Shown piece after piece: positions 45,240-59,300 of a stretch of 62,657 bases of DNA. Positions within the stretch are counted from its first letter, which is position 1; every line of letters begins with the position of its first letter. The translations under genes were made by a program, and so were the position numbers. The notes under the pieces are model-generated. The model was not told where the DNA came from and did not search any database. It saw only the letters and a list, made by a program, of their open reading frames with translations. This DNA is from Macrostomum lignano (lineage: Eukaryota), in contig NIVC01004055.1 of the NCBI GenBank assembly GCA_002269645.1, positions 1-62,657 of the forward strand. Direction: 5' to 3'.

Positions 45240-45328
<89 letters not shown>
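45200..45328 (+). repeat. (CT)n microsatellite
   Basis: Directly visible. Confidence 0.95.
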
Positions 45329-45329
<1 letters not shown>

Positions 45330-45963
45330 AGTCTTCACTAGGCCCAGTCATGAGGTCTTTTGGCCTTAGTTCTTTGTCCATATGACAAAGTTCATATGTC
45401 TGTTTTCTGTCTAACTATCTATGTACTGTTTACTGTCAGTTTGTTAGTTGGCCTGTCTATGGATTACACTATCTTCGTAAGACAGCACAAGTTCGTTGTA
45501 AAACGTTTTTAGTTGAGTAGCGTTAAAACATTAATATTTTCCAGTAGCGCAATAGCGTTAGCGCAAACGGAGTATAATTAGGATTTTTTACAAATATTAA
45601 CAAAGGTTAACAAATTAGCCTAAACAGTTTTATAAATTAACGTAATTAAATTGCCATATTGTCACTCCTGTCAAAGTGTATTCTACTTATATTAGCAGCT
45701 AAGCTTTGCTACTCTCCCTTTTGAGTACTTTTTTATTCCGTTTCTTAAAAAATACAATTTTCATTTTAATAGAATTTTATAAAATTTTGAATTCGTTCCA
45801 TTTAATTTATAAAAGTTGATAAGGTAGTCAAATACCAACTCAAAGTAATGTTCGTGATTAGCCTATTGAGAATTTATACGAGCAGTGCAGTCTATGTACA
45901 GACGACACATTACAGACAGACAGTCACACAGCTAATATTAGTTGCACAACTTTCTTCTTTCAG

Positions 45964-46448
45964 ATGATCGTAAAACTATATTTCAATGAACAGGGAGGCG
46001 GGCGAGGCGAAGGCGGGCGAGGCGGTGGCGGGCGAGGCGGAGGCGGGCGAGGCAGAGGCGGAGGCGGGCGAGGCGGAGGCGGAGGCGGACGAGGCGGAGG
46101 CGGAGGCGGAAGCGGAGGCGGAAGCGGAGGCGGAGGCGGGCAAGGCGGAGGAGGAGATGGCGGCGGAGGAGGAGATGGCGGAGGAGGAGGAGATGGTGGA
46201 GGAAGAGGAGGCGGGAAGGGTTCAGTGCAAAGTAAGTCTGAATTAGTATAAATGTGTATATACATACACGTATGTATATAAATAGCAAAAACGCTTACAA
46301 TCATTTCTATATTGTAGAGAGATGCTTCGTCTGTAAGAAAATAGGGCACATTGCCCGTAACTGCTGGAAAAAAAAACAGCAGACAAAGCAACAAGAGCAG
46401 CCGCAACAGCAGACAACGCAACAAGAGCAGCAGGAGAAGCAGGGATGA
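45964..46448 (+). CDS. Predicted spliced Gly/RGG-rich plus CCHC zinc-knuckle protein (exons 45964-46231 and 46318-46448; may have upstream exons)
   Basis: Pyrimidine-rich acceptor ending at 45963; RGG/Gly-rich frame; GTAAGT donor at 46232; TTGTAG acceptor at 46317. The phase-1 join gives ...GGKGSVQKRCFVCKKIGHIARNCWKK (CX2CX4HX4C) followed by a Gln-rich tail. Confidence 0.6.
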
Positions 46449-46479
46449 CAGTGCATTTGGACTGAGGGTAGTTTTGTGT

Positions 46480-46860
46480 ACTAATGGCTAAATGAAAGGG
46501 AATAGAGAAAAGAGAAAAGGAAAGAGTAGATAAAATATTAGATGAAAGAGAACATGAAAAGAGAGAATTAAAAGGGATAGATTAGAGAAAAGAAAAAAGA
46601 GAATAAAGGCGAGAGAAGAGATGAGGGAATTGAGAGGAGAGAGGAGAGGGGTAAGAGAGGTGAAAGAGGAGACAGGAGGGAGTAGAGCCGAAAAGACGAG
46701 AGAGAATAGATAAATGAGTAGAGATGAGAAGAGGGAGAGGAGAGAGAAGCGAGAGGATAAGGGAGAGAGGAGAGGGTAGAAAGTAGAGAGATGACAGAGC
46801 AGAGAGGAGATAAAGGAGAGGAGAGAGAAGATGAGAGAGGGGAGAGAGAGGAGGGGAAAA
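46480..46860 (+). repeat. Polypurine (AG-rich) low-complexity tract
   Basis: Almost only A and G on the + strand. Confidence 0.9.
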
Positions 46861-47383
46861 CCCGTGTTTGAATCGCGTAAATTTTTAGTTTGTTTTTGTT
46901 AAGCATTTTTAAAATTGTTCAAACAGTTACTGTATTTTAACTTTGTGTTTATAAATGTAAATGTATGAAAATAAAATCTTACTGATCGAATGTGTTGTTA
47001 GCGTTAAATATATAATTACAAAGGTTTAATTGTCTTCCATGCAGCAAAGTATCTTGCGCTTATTTGGCAACTCTGATTGTAGCGGTGAACATTAACGCTT
47101 CGCATTTTGATGCACAGCACGGACGGAGTCCAGACAGAATGACAAATGTGTTAACTGTTGGTTGGTGTCTGCCCAAACTGAGCTTAGCTGCGCAAATATC
47201 ATTAGCCAAATATGCTGTGCTCTTTCTAACTGCTAGGGTGGCCCTGCGCCTGAGTGGCACACTCAATTATTGCTTCTTAATTAAGTTCTTAATTTGGTTT
47301 AATAAACAGGTCAAAGCCGTAAAAGTTACAAACATTAAAACCATCGTCCCACCTTTGAAGACGACAGCGTCTTCATTCACTAG

Positions 47384-50300
47384 TTGTGGGACGATGAGCC
47401 AGTAAGTAGTATAGAAAAAAAGGCGAGCGAAGCGAGAATTTTTTTCTATGGTGCTTACTTTTGCGAAATCGTCCCTGATAAGATGTAGCAACGGTGTCAC
47501 ATAGGAAAATGACGTTTTTCAACTTTTAAACGCTGCCAATAAAAAACGGTACGACCGATTTACAAACAGTTTTTGCCAAAATGTGTCAAAGACCTAGCGC
47601 TATCGGATGCACAATAGTTGGTTGCCATGGCAACGCGTTTTGGTTGCCATGGCAACCAAAAACTGCGTTTTTTCGACATTGTCAAAAAATTTGATCTCAA
47701 AAAATAAGGATTGAGAATATGGCAGCGCTTAGCGGGCTGGCTCAGTAAACGCGGGCATTCGAACGCTACAATGATCAGAAATGGATTTTTTGATTGTACT
47801 TTAACTTTTAGGGTAAAAGTACAAAAAACGTGTTTTTTGAGGTCGAAAAATCGGCATTTTTTTCAACTTTGCCTCACCGCAGCGAAAAGGACGCGCGATA
47901 GCGCGGCCTTTGAGCTGCCTCATAGCGTCAATAACACCTGGGGCTGTTTGATGCGCTATAGTTTTTAGGGCTAAAATGTACTTTTCACATGGCTGCCTAT
48001 CTGCACTTTAAAAGTACAAATTTTTAGTGCACTTTTGTGAGGCCTATGGCGTCGAGATGGAAAACTTTATTTTTTAATATTTCTACACCAAATTACTCAA
48101 ATGGATGTCTTCTATTCGGAAACATTGAGATCTGGCCGATTGGGCCATCAATAACCTGCCCAGGTGCCAAAGAGTGCCTAAAAACGACATTTTCGAAAAA
48201 TTGGGTCACGTTTTAAAAAGTAGTCCCAAAAATAAGAAAGTGTTTTATGCTACGGTGTTGAGACTTTAACACAACGTGTCAAACATTTGGAAATTTGTTT
48301 TCCTAAATTTTCTAAGCATTTGGACCTACCTGTGCTGAGCAGTGACCCGGAAACCAGGGAAAAAAGAGGCCGGGGGCTCTGCAGAAAATCAAACGTTGTT
48401 AAGGAAATTTTTTTAAAATGGGCGAATTTTTTCGAGTGTAGTGTCAAATTGTAGCCCATCGGATGCCCTTTTGAATGACATAAGACACTCTGAAAAACCC
48501 CTGTTAACAGGTACTTTTTACCTGTTAAGTGAAAAACGGCCCATTTGGGGTACAAACTTTGAAGTCGAAAAATAAGAAATTTTGCGCACCGATTTTTCTG
48601 CATTTTCAATATTGTTTAGTCGAATAGCTAAAGTTTCACCGGTCATACGCCAATATGGCTGGAAAATTCGTATTTTTGAGCAAACTGCATCTGATTATTA
48701 AAAATGCAATTTTTCGGCCAATTTTTTGTACATGTTTTTCAACCTTGCCCGTACTGCAGCGAAAAGGATGCGCAATAGCGCGGCTTTTGAGCTGCTGCCT
48801 AATGTCAACAACACCTGGGGCTTTTAGATGCGCTATAATATTTTGGGCTAAAATGTACTTTTGACATGGCTGCCTATCTGCACTTTAAAAGTACAAACCG
48901 TTTGTGCACTTTAAAGAGGCTTATCTTATACAGATGCAAATCTTGATTTTTTCAATTTTTCAACCCAAATCACTCAAATGGATGTCTTTTATTCGGAAAT
49001 GCTGAGATCTGCTTGATTGGGCCATTCATTGCTGCTCTATATGGCTACAAGGGTCAAAAAGAGTGTTTTTGAAAATTTGGGTCACGTTTTCAAAAAGTAG
49101 TCTCCAAAAATAAGAAAGTGTTTTAAGCTACGGTGTTGAGATTTTAACAAAACGTGTCAAACATATGGAAATTTGTTTTCCTAAATTTTCTAAGCATTTG
49201 GACCTACCGGTGCGGAGCAGTGACCCGGAAACCGGGGAAAAAAGAGGCCGGGGGACTCGACCAAAAAAGCATATGTTGTTAAAGAAAAATTTTTATTACT
49301 GGGCGAATTTTTTCGAGTGTGGTGTCAAATTGTAGCCCATCGGATGCCCGTTCGAATGGCGCAAGACACTCTGGAAAAAATACCTGTTAACAGGTACTTT
49401 TTACCTGTTAAGTGAAAAACGGCCCATTTGGGGTACAAACTTTGAAGTCGAAAAATAAGAAATTTTGCGCACCGATTTTTCTGCATTTTCAATATTGTTT
49501 AGTCGAATAGCTGAAGTTTCACCGGTCATACGCCAATATGGCTGGAAAATTCGTATTTTTGAGAAAATTGGCTCCGAATTTTGAGTAGGCCATTTTTGGG
49601 CAAATTTTGAGCATACTTTTGGTAATAACTCTGCATTGGCGAGACCTAGAGACTCAAGTTTGGTGTCTAAAAACAGCATTATGGATGCACTATGCAACTA
49701 AATAAGTTTTGAAAACTGATTCTTAGGTTAACAGGTCTTAATACCTGTTTGAATACCTGTCAGAACAGGTAAAAATTCATAATTTGGCGCCTAGCAGCCG
49801 AAAAAATTTGTTGACATAGTTTGAAAATGCATTGGATGAATGCGCCTTGATGTTATCTCTGTAACGACATGCGACTCGTATTTTTAGGTTAAGGCGTTGC
49901 GATGCAGCGAGCAGAAATGTATGAAAAAGCAGCAAAAATCGTATAAGTGGCTACCATACATACGGAATATTCGATATAAAGCGCGTGCACTGTAGAGCTT
50001 CGCTCAAGCGAGAGATGGATCGGGGCCGAAGGCAGTTGCTTTGTAAATGGCCTAAACACGGGTTCGATTCCCAAGTGGGCCAGGTTTTTTTATATTTAAT
50101 TTTTTTAGCAGGAACGGATTTATTAGTATTTTCAATTCTCTTTCACTTGAATATAATTTAATATTAATTGTTTAATTTTCCTTTCCTTGTATACCTTATT
50201 AAAGTCAAAGAGTAAGAGTGAAGCTGAAAGTGCGGCACAGATGATTTGTTAGTGCAGAAAGAGTATTACGATACATATCGGCAAGTATGTGTTGCGTGGT

Positions 50301-53300
50301 CGCCAGAAGGCTTACAAGCAGTTTTAGCGTGCTAAAAAGATGTGTTAGAGGTGGGAAAATTTGCGGAGGGGTTAGGTGGGGGAGCGGGGGTGTGGGGGCG
50401 GCAGCCCCCACGATACGCAAACCCCACAACAACAACCACCCTCCCCAACAACAACGCGCGGGAGGGGTGGGGGAGCGGGGGTGTGGGGCGGCAGCCCCAC
50501 GTTACGCAAACCCCCCAACAACAACCACCCCCAACAACAACAACAACAACCCCAACAACAACAAAAACCCCAACAACAACAACCCCTTTTACAACCAACA
50601 AACAACAACAACCGCCTTAACAACCCTTTCTACACAACAGCAGAGTGGATATTCTTGTAATCTAATAAAATATTTTTTATTAATATATTTCCACAGTTAT
50701 GTATAAACTTTGTTTAAATCAAATTGAAAATGCAGTATAGCCGTAAAATATAAAAACACGATATAGCGTTTTAATTAGTTCTTAATTTGGGTTAAATAAA
50801 TAGGTCATAGCCATAAACAATAATGGACATAATAAACCATCATAAGTATTTTTATTAATTTTTTTAAATAGTTATGCTTAAACTTTGTTTAAATTAAATT
50901 ATAATCAACTAAGCTTCTTAGTTTTTTTTTTTAAATTTAAAATTAGGCCATAAAAGTTACGAACAATATATAAACCATCGTCCCACCTTTGAAGACGACA
51001 GCGTCTTCATTCACTAGTTGTGGGACGATGGAGCCAGTAAGTAGTATAGAAAAAAAGGCGAGCGAAGCGAGAATTTTTTTCTATGCTGCTTACTTTTGCG
51101 AAATCGTCCCTGATAAGATGTGCAACAGATGTGACACACTAAAAATGACGTTTTTCAACTTTTAAACGCTGCCAATAAAAAACGGTACGACCGATTTGCA
51201 AAAGTTTTTGCCAAAATGTGTCAAAGACCTAGGGCTACAGAGCCGCAGTGTTTGGTTGCCATGGCAATGCGTTTTGGTTGCCATGGCAACCAAAAACTGC
51301 GTTTTTTCGACATTGTCAAAAAATTTGATCTCAATTACAGCGGCAGGAAATTATGGCAGCGCTTAGTGAGTGTGCTCAAAAGACGCGGGCATTAAAACGC
51401 TACAATGATCCGAAATGGATTTTTTGATTGTACTTTACTTCACAGGTAAAAGTACAAAAAACGTGTTTTTTGAGGTCGAAAATTTGGCATTTTTTTCAAC
51501 TTTGCCTCACCGCAGCGAAAAGGACGCGCGATAGCGCGGCCTTTGAGCTGCCTCATAGCGTCAATAACACCTGGGGCTGTTTGATGCGCTATAGTTTTTA
51601 GGGCTAAAATGTACTTTTCACATGGCTGCCTATCTGCTGTTTAAAAGTACAAATTTTTAGTGCACTTTTGTGAGGCCTATGGCGTCGAGATGGAAAACTT
51701 TATTTTTGCTGTTTTCATACCAAATAACTCAAATGGATGTCTTTTAATCGGAAACATCGAGATTTGGCCGATTGGGCCATCAATAACCTGCCCAGGTGCC
51801 AAAGAGTGCCTAAAAACGACATTTTCGAAAAATTGGGTCACGTTTTTAAAAAGTAGTCCCAAAAAATAAGAAAGTGTTTTATGCTACGGTGTTGAGACTT
51901 TAACACAACGTGTCAAACATATGGAAATTTGTTTTCCTGAATTTTCTAAGCATTTGGACCTACCTGTGCGGAGCAGTGACCCGGAAACCAGGGAAAAAAG
52001 AGGCCGGGGGCTCTGCAGAAAATCAGACGTTGTTAAGGAAATTTTTTAAAATGGGGCGAATTTTTTCGAGTGTAGTGTCAAATTGTAGCCCATCGGATGC
52101 CCTTTTGAATGACATAAGACACTCCTGAAAAAACCCCTGTTAACAGGTACTTTTTACCTGTTAAGTGAAAAACGGCCCATTTGGGGGTACAAACTTTGGA
52201 GTGGAAAAATAAGAAATTTTGCGCACCGATTTTTCTGCATTTTCAATATTGTTTAGTCGAATAGCTAAAGTTTCACCGGTCATACGCCAATATGGCTGGA
52301 AAATTCGTATTTTTGAGCAAACTGCATCTGATTATTAAAAATGCAATTTTTCGGCCAATTTTTTGTACATGTTTTTCAACCTTGCCCGTACTGCAGCGAA
52401 AAGGATGCGCAATAGCGCGGCTTTTGAGCTGCTGCCTAATGTCAACAACACCTGGGGCTTTTAGATGCGCTATAATTTTTGGGCTAAAATGTACTTTTGA
52501 CATGGCTGCCTATCTGCACTTTAAAAGTACAAACCGTTTGTGCACTTTAAAGAGGCTTATCTATACAGATGCAAATCTTGATTTTTTCAATTTTTCAACC
52601 CAAATCACTCAAATGGATGTCTTTTATTCGGAAATGCTGAGATCTGCTTGATTGGGCCATTCATTGCTGCTCTATATGGCTACAAGGGTCAAAAAGAGTG
52701 TTTTTGAAAATTTGGGTCACGTTTTCAAAAAGTAGTCTCCAAAAATAAGAAAGTGTTTTAAGCTACGGTGTTGAGATTTTAACAAAACGTGTCAAACATA
52801 TGGAAATTTGTTTTCCTAAATTTTCTAAGCATTTGGACCTACCGGTGCGGAGCAGTGACCCGGAAACCGGGGAAAAAAGAGGCCGGGGGACTCGACCAAA
52901 AAAGCATATGTTGTTAAAGAAAAATTTTTATTACTGGGCGAATTTTTTCGAGTGTGGTGTCAAATTGTAGCCCATCGGATGCCCGTTCGAATGGCGCAAG
53001 ACACTCTGGAAAAAATACCTGTTAACAGGTACTTTTTACCTGTTAAGTGAAAAACGGCCCATTTGGGGTACAAACTTTGAAGTCGAAAAATAAGAAATTT
53101 TGCGCACCGATTTTTCTGCATTTTCAATATTGTTTAGTCGAATAGCTGAAGTTTCACCGGTCATACGCCAATATGGCTGGAAAATTCGTATTTTTGAGAA
53201 AATTGGCTCCGAATTTTGAGTAGGCCATTTTTGGGCAAATTTTGAGCATACTTTTGCTAATAACTCTGCATTGGCGAGACCTAGAGACTCAAGTTTGGTG

Positions 53301-56300
53301 TCTAAAAACAGCATTATGGATGCACTATGCAACTAAATAAGTTTTGAAAACTGATTCTTAGGTTAACAGGTCTTAATACCTGTTTGAATACCTGTCAGAA
53401 CAGGTAAAAATTCATAATTTGGCGCCTAGCAGCCGAAAAAATTTGTTGACATAGTTTGAAAATGCATTGGATGAATGCGCCTTGATGTTATCTCTGTAAC
53501 GACATGCGACTCGTATTTTTAGGTTAAGGCGTTGCGATGCAGCGAGCAGAAATGTATGAAAAAGCAGCAAAAATCGTATAAGTGGCTACCATACATACGG
53601 AATATTCGATATAAAGCGCGTGCACTGTAGAGCTTCGCTTAAGCGAGAGATGGATCGGGCCGAAGGCAGTTGCTTTGTAAATGGCCTAAACACGGGTTCG
53701 ATCCCAAGTGGGCCAGGTTTTTTTATATTTAATTTTTTAGCAGGAACGGATTTATTAGTATTTTCAATTCTCTTTCACTTGAATATAATTTAATATTAAT
53801 TGTTTAATTTTCCTTTCCTTGTATACCTTATTAAAGTCAAAGAGTAAGAGTGAAGCTGAAAGTGCGGCACAGATGATTTGTTAGTGCAGAAAGAGTATTA
53901 CGATACATATCGGCAAGTATGTGTTGCGTGGTCGCCAGAAGGCTTACAAGCAGTTTTAGCGTGCTAAAAAGATGTGTTAGAGGTGGGAAAATTTGCGGAG
54001 GGGTTAGGTGGGGGAGCGGGGTGTGGGGGCGGCAGCCCCCACGATACGCAAACCCCACAACAACAACCACCCTCCCCAACAACAACGCGCGGGAGGGGTG
54101 GGGAGCGGGGGTGTGGGGGCGGCAGCCCCCACGTTACGCAAACCCCCAACAACAACCACCCCCCAACAACAACAACAACAACCCCAACAACAACAAAAAC
54201 CCCAACAACAACAACCCCTTTTACAACCAACAAACAACAACAACCGCCTTAACAACCCTTTCTACACAACAGCAGAGTGGATATTCTTGTAATCTAATAA
54301 AATATTTTTTATTATATATTTCCACAGTTATGTATAAACTTTGTTTAAATCAAATTGAAAATGCAGTATAGCCGTAAAATATAAAAACACGATATAGCGT
54401 TTTAATTAGTTCTTAATTTGGGTTAAATAAATAGGTCATAGCCATAAACAATAATGGACATAATAAACCATCATAAGTATTTTTATTAATTTTTTTAAAT
54501 AGTTATGCTTAAACTTTGTTTAAATTAAATTATAATCAACTAAGCTTCTTAGTTTTTTTTTTTAAATTTAAAATTAGGCCATAAAAGTTACGAACAATAT
54601 ATAAACCATCGTCCCACCTTTGAAGACGACAGCGTCTTCATTCACTAGTTGTGGGACGATGGAGCCAGTAAGTAGTATAGAAAAAAAGGCGAGCGAAGCG
54701 AGAATTTTTTTCTATGCTGCTTACTTTTGCGAAATCGTCCCTGATAAGATGTGCAACAGATGTGACACACTAAAAATGACGTTTTTCAACTTTTAAACGC
54801 TGCCAATAAAAAACGGTACGACCGATTTGCAAAAGTTTTTGCCAAAATGTGTCAAAGACTTAGGGCTACCAGAGCCGCAGTAGTTGGTTGCCATGGCAAT
54901 GCGTTTTGGTTGCCATGGCAACCAAAAACTGCGTTTTTTCGACATTGTCAAAAAATTTGATCTCAATTACAGCGGCAGGAAATTATGGCAGCGCTTAGTG
55001 AGTGTGCTCAAAAGACGCGGGCATTAAACGCTACAATGATCCGAAATGGATTTTTTGATTGTACTTTACTTCACAGGTAAAAGTACAAAAAACGTGTTTT
55101 TTGAGGTCGAAAATTGGCATTTTTTTCAACTTTGCCTCACCGCAGCGAAAAGGACGCGCGATAGCGCGGCCTTTGAGCTGCCTCATAGCGTCAATAACAC
55201 CTGGGTGTTTGATGCGCTATAGTTTTTAGGGCTAAAATGTACTTTTCACATGGCTGCCTATCTGCTGTTTAAAAGTACAAATTTTTAGTGCACTTTTGTG
55301 AGGCCTATGGCGTCGAGATGGAAAACTTTATTTTTGCTGTTTTGCATACCAAATAACTCAAATAGATGTCTTTTAATCGGAAACATCGAGATTTGGCCGA
55401 TTGGGCCATCAATAACCTGCCCAGGTGCCAAAGAGTGCCTAAAAACGACATTTTCGAAAAATTGGGTCACGTTTTTAAAAAGTAGTTCCAAAAAATAAGA
55501 AAGTGTTTTATGCTACGGTGTTGAGACTTTAACACAACGTGTCAAACATATGGAAATTTGTTTTCCTGAATTTTCTAAGCATTTGGACCTACCTGTGCGG
55601 AGCAGTGACCCGGAAACCGGGGAAAAAAGAGGCCGGGGGCTCTGCAGAAAATCAGACGTTGTTAAGAAAAATTTTTAAAATGGGGCGAATTTTTTCGAGT
55701 GTAGTGTCAAATTGTAGCCCATCGGATGCCCTTTTGAATGACATAAGACACTCCTGAAAAAACCCCTGTTAACAGGTACTTTTTACCTGTTAAGTGAAAA
55801 ACGGCCCATTTGGGGGTACAAACTTTGAGTGGAAAAATAAGAAATTTTGCGCACCGATTTTTCTGCATTTTCAATATTGTTTAGTCGAATAGCTAAAGTT
55901 TCACCGGTCATACGCCAATATGGCTGGAAAATTCGTATTTTTGAGAAAATTGGCTCCGAATTTTGAGTAGGCCATTTTGGGCAAATTTTGAGCATACTTT
56001 TGCTAATAACTCTGCATTGGCGAGACCTAGAGACTTAAGTTTGGTGTCTAAAAACAGCACTATGGATGCATTATGCAGCTAAATCAGTTTTGAAAACTGA
56101 TTCTTAGGTTAACAGGTCTTAATACCTGTTTGATTACCTGTCAGAACAGGTGAAAATTAATATTTTGGCGCCTAGCAGCCGAAAAATTTGTTGACATAAT
56201 TTGAAAATGCATTGGATGAATGCGCCTTGATGTTATCTCTGTAACGACATGCGACTCGTATTTTTAGGTAGAAGCGTTGCGATGCAACGAGCAGAAATGT

Positions 56301-59300
56301 ATGAAAAAGCAGCAAAAATGGTAGAAATGGCTGCTATTAGCGATATTCGATATAAAATACGTGTACTATAGGCCAACTTAGTAAGCAATTTGTGGCTCAG
56401 TGGCAGAGTTAGTTTCCATATAATTGAGTGCTGCAGGGTTCGATTCCCAAGAGATCCGAAAAATTTTTAGTTTAAAGTTCTTTTAGAGCAAACAGATTTT
56501 TAGTATTTTTATTTCTCTAACTATTATGTTTTTTATACAATTAAATTACATTTATTTAAATTTATTTTTCTTTTTATACGTATTTAAAGAGTAACAGAGA
56601 ATCTTTTAGTGCGGCACGTATGATTGTTAGTGCAAAAAGTATATTACGATACATGTCGGCAAGCAAGTATTTGATGTCTGGTCGTTTGAAGGCTAGAATA
56701 TAGTTGTAACATATATACTACAAAGACGTGTTTAGATGTGGGAAAAGTTCTCGAGGGGTGGTGGAGCGGTGGGGGAGCCAGCCCCCCTTTACCACTAGAC
56801 TAACTAATGCCAGGGGCGTGGGGGGCGGCCAGCCCCCACTATACCACTAGACTAACTAATGCCAGGGGCGTGGGGGCGGCCAGCCCCCACTATACCACTA
56901 GACTAACTAATGCCAGGGGCGTGGGGGCGGCCAGCCCCCCACTATACCACTAGACTAACTAATGCCAGGGGCGTGGGGGCGGCTAGCCCCCACTACTATA
57001 CCACTAGACTAACTAATGCCAGGGGCGTGGGGGCGGCCAGCCCCCCACTATACCACTAGACTAACTAATGCCAGGGGCGTGGGGGGCGGCCAGCCCCCCA
57101 CTATACCACTAGACTAACTAATGCCAGGGGCGTGGGGGCGGCCAGCCCCCACTATACCACTAGACTAACTAATGCCAGGGGCGTGGGGGCGGCCAGCCCC
57201 CACTATACACTAGACTAACTAATGCCAGGGGCGTGGGGGCGGCCAGCCCCCCACTATACCACTAGACTAATAATGCCAGGGGCGTGGGGGGCGGCCAGCC
57301 CCCACTATACCACTAGACTAACTAATGCCAGGGGCGTGGGGGCGGCGAGCCCCCTACTATACCACTAGACTAACTAATGCCAGGGGCGTGGGGGCGGCCA
57401 GCCCCCACTATACCACTATACCACTAGACTAACTAATGCCAGGGGCGTGGGGGCGGCCAGCCCCCACTATACCACTAGACTAACTAATGCCAGGGGCGTG
57501 GGGGGCGGCCAGCCCCCACTATACCACTACCACTAGACTAACTAATGCCAGGGGCGTGGGGGCGGCCAGCCCCCCACTATACCACTAGACTAACTAATGC
57601 CAGGGGCGTGGGGGGCGGCCAGCCCCCCACTATACCACATAACTAGACTAACTAATGCCAGGGGCGTGGGGGGCGGCCAGCCCCCCACTATACCACTAGA
57701 CTAACTAATGCCAGGGGCGTGGGGGCGGCCAGCCCCCACTATACCACTAGACTAACTAATGCCAGGGGCGTGGGGGCGGCTAGCCCCCACATACACTATA
57801 CCACTAGACTAACTAATGCCAGGGGCGTGGGGGGCGGCCAGCCCCCCACTATACCACTAGACTAACTAATGCCAGGGGCGTGGGGGCGGCCAGCCCCCCA
57901 CTATACCACTAGACTAACTAATGCCAGGGGCGTGGGGGCGGCCAGCCCCCCACTATACCACTAGACTAACTAATGCCAGGGGCGTGGGGGCGGCCAGCCC
58001 CCACTATACTATACACTAGACTAACTAATGCCAGGGGCGTGGGGGGCGGCCAGCCCCCCACTATACCACTAGACTAACTAATGCCAGGGGCGTGGGGGGC
58101 GGCCAGCCCCCACTATACCACTAGACTAACTAATGCCAGGGGCGTGGGGGCGGCCAGCCCCCCACTATACCACTAGACTAACTAATGCCAGGGGCGTGGG
58201 GGGCGCCAGCCCCCCACTATACCACTATACCACTAGACTAACTAATGCCAGGGGCGTGGGGCGGCCAGCCCCCACTATACCACTAGACTAACTAATGCCA
58301 GGGGCGTGGGGGCGGCCAGCCCCCACTATACCACTATACACTAGACTAACTAATGCCAGGGGCGTGGGGGCGGCAGCCCCCCACTATACCACTATACACT
58401 AGACTAACTAATGCCAGGGGCGTGGGGGGCGGCCAGCCCCCACTATACCACTAGACTAACTAATGCCAGGGGCGTGGGGGCGGCCAGTACCACTAGACTA
58501 ACTAATGCCAGGGGCGTGGGGGCGGCCAGTCCCCCACTATACCACTAGACTAACTAATGCCAGGGGCGTGGGGGGCGGCCAGTCCCCCACTATACCACTA
58601 GACTAACTAATGCCAGGGGCGTGGGGGCGGCCAGCCCCCACTATACCACTAGACTAACTAATGCCAGGGGCGTGGGGGCGGCCAGCCCCCACTATACTAC
58701 TAGACTAACTAATGCCAGGGGCGTGGGGGGCGGCCCCCCCCACTATACCACTAGACTAACTAATGCCAGGGGCGTGGGGGCGGCCAGCCCCCCACTATAC
58801 CACTAGACTAACTAATGCTAGGGGCGTGGGGGCGGCGAGCCCCTACTATACCACTAGACTAACTAATGCCAGGGGCGTGGGGGCGGCCAGCCCCCACTAC
58901 TATACCACTAGACTAACTAATGCCAGGGGCGTGGGGGGCGGCCAGCCCCCACTATACCACTAGACTAACTAATGCCAGGGGCGTGGGGGGCGGCCAGCCC
59001 CCTACTATACCACTAGACTAACTAATGCCAGGGGCGTGGGGGCGGCTAGCCCCCACTATACCACTATACCACTAGACTAACTAATGCAGGGGCGTGGGGG
59101 GCGGCCAGCCCCCCACTATACCACTTAGACTAACTAATGCCAGGGGCGTGGGGGGCGGCCAGCCCCCCACTATACCACTAGACTAACTAATGCCAGGGGC
59201 GTGGGGGGCGGCCAGCCCCCCACTATACCACTAGACTAACTAATGCCAGGGGCGTGGGGGGCGGCCAGCCCCCTACTATACCACTAGACTAACTAATGCC

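Larger units (their letters stand above)
23875..47383 (+). mobile_element. Candidate ~23.5-kb autonomous/composite Helentron-Helitron2 element
   Basis: Intact 5' terminus at 23875. The expected 3' terminus at ~27044 is reduced to CCAT+(AT)n. I saw no other family terminus before the complete 3' terminus at 47341-47383. The RepHel ORF lies inside on the same strand. Confidence 0.6.

Noticed and set aside
44585-46906. ORFs over (TGTC)n, the reverse strand of the GC repeat (poly-Pro) and the AG tract
   Set aside because: Low-complexity artefacts. Only the + strand RGG frame is supported by splice sites and a zinc knuckle.
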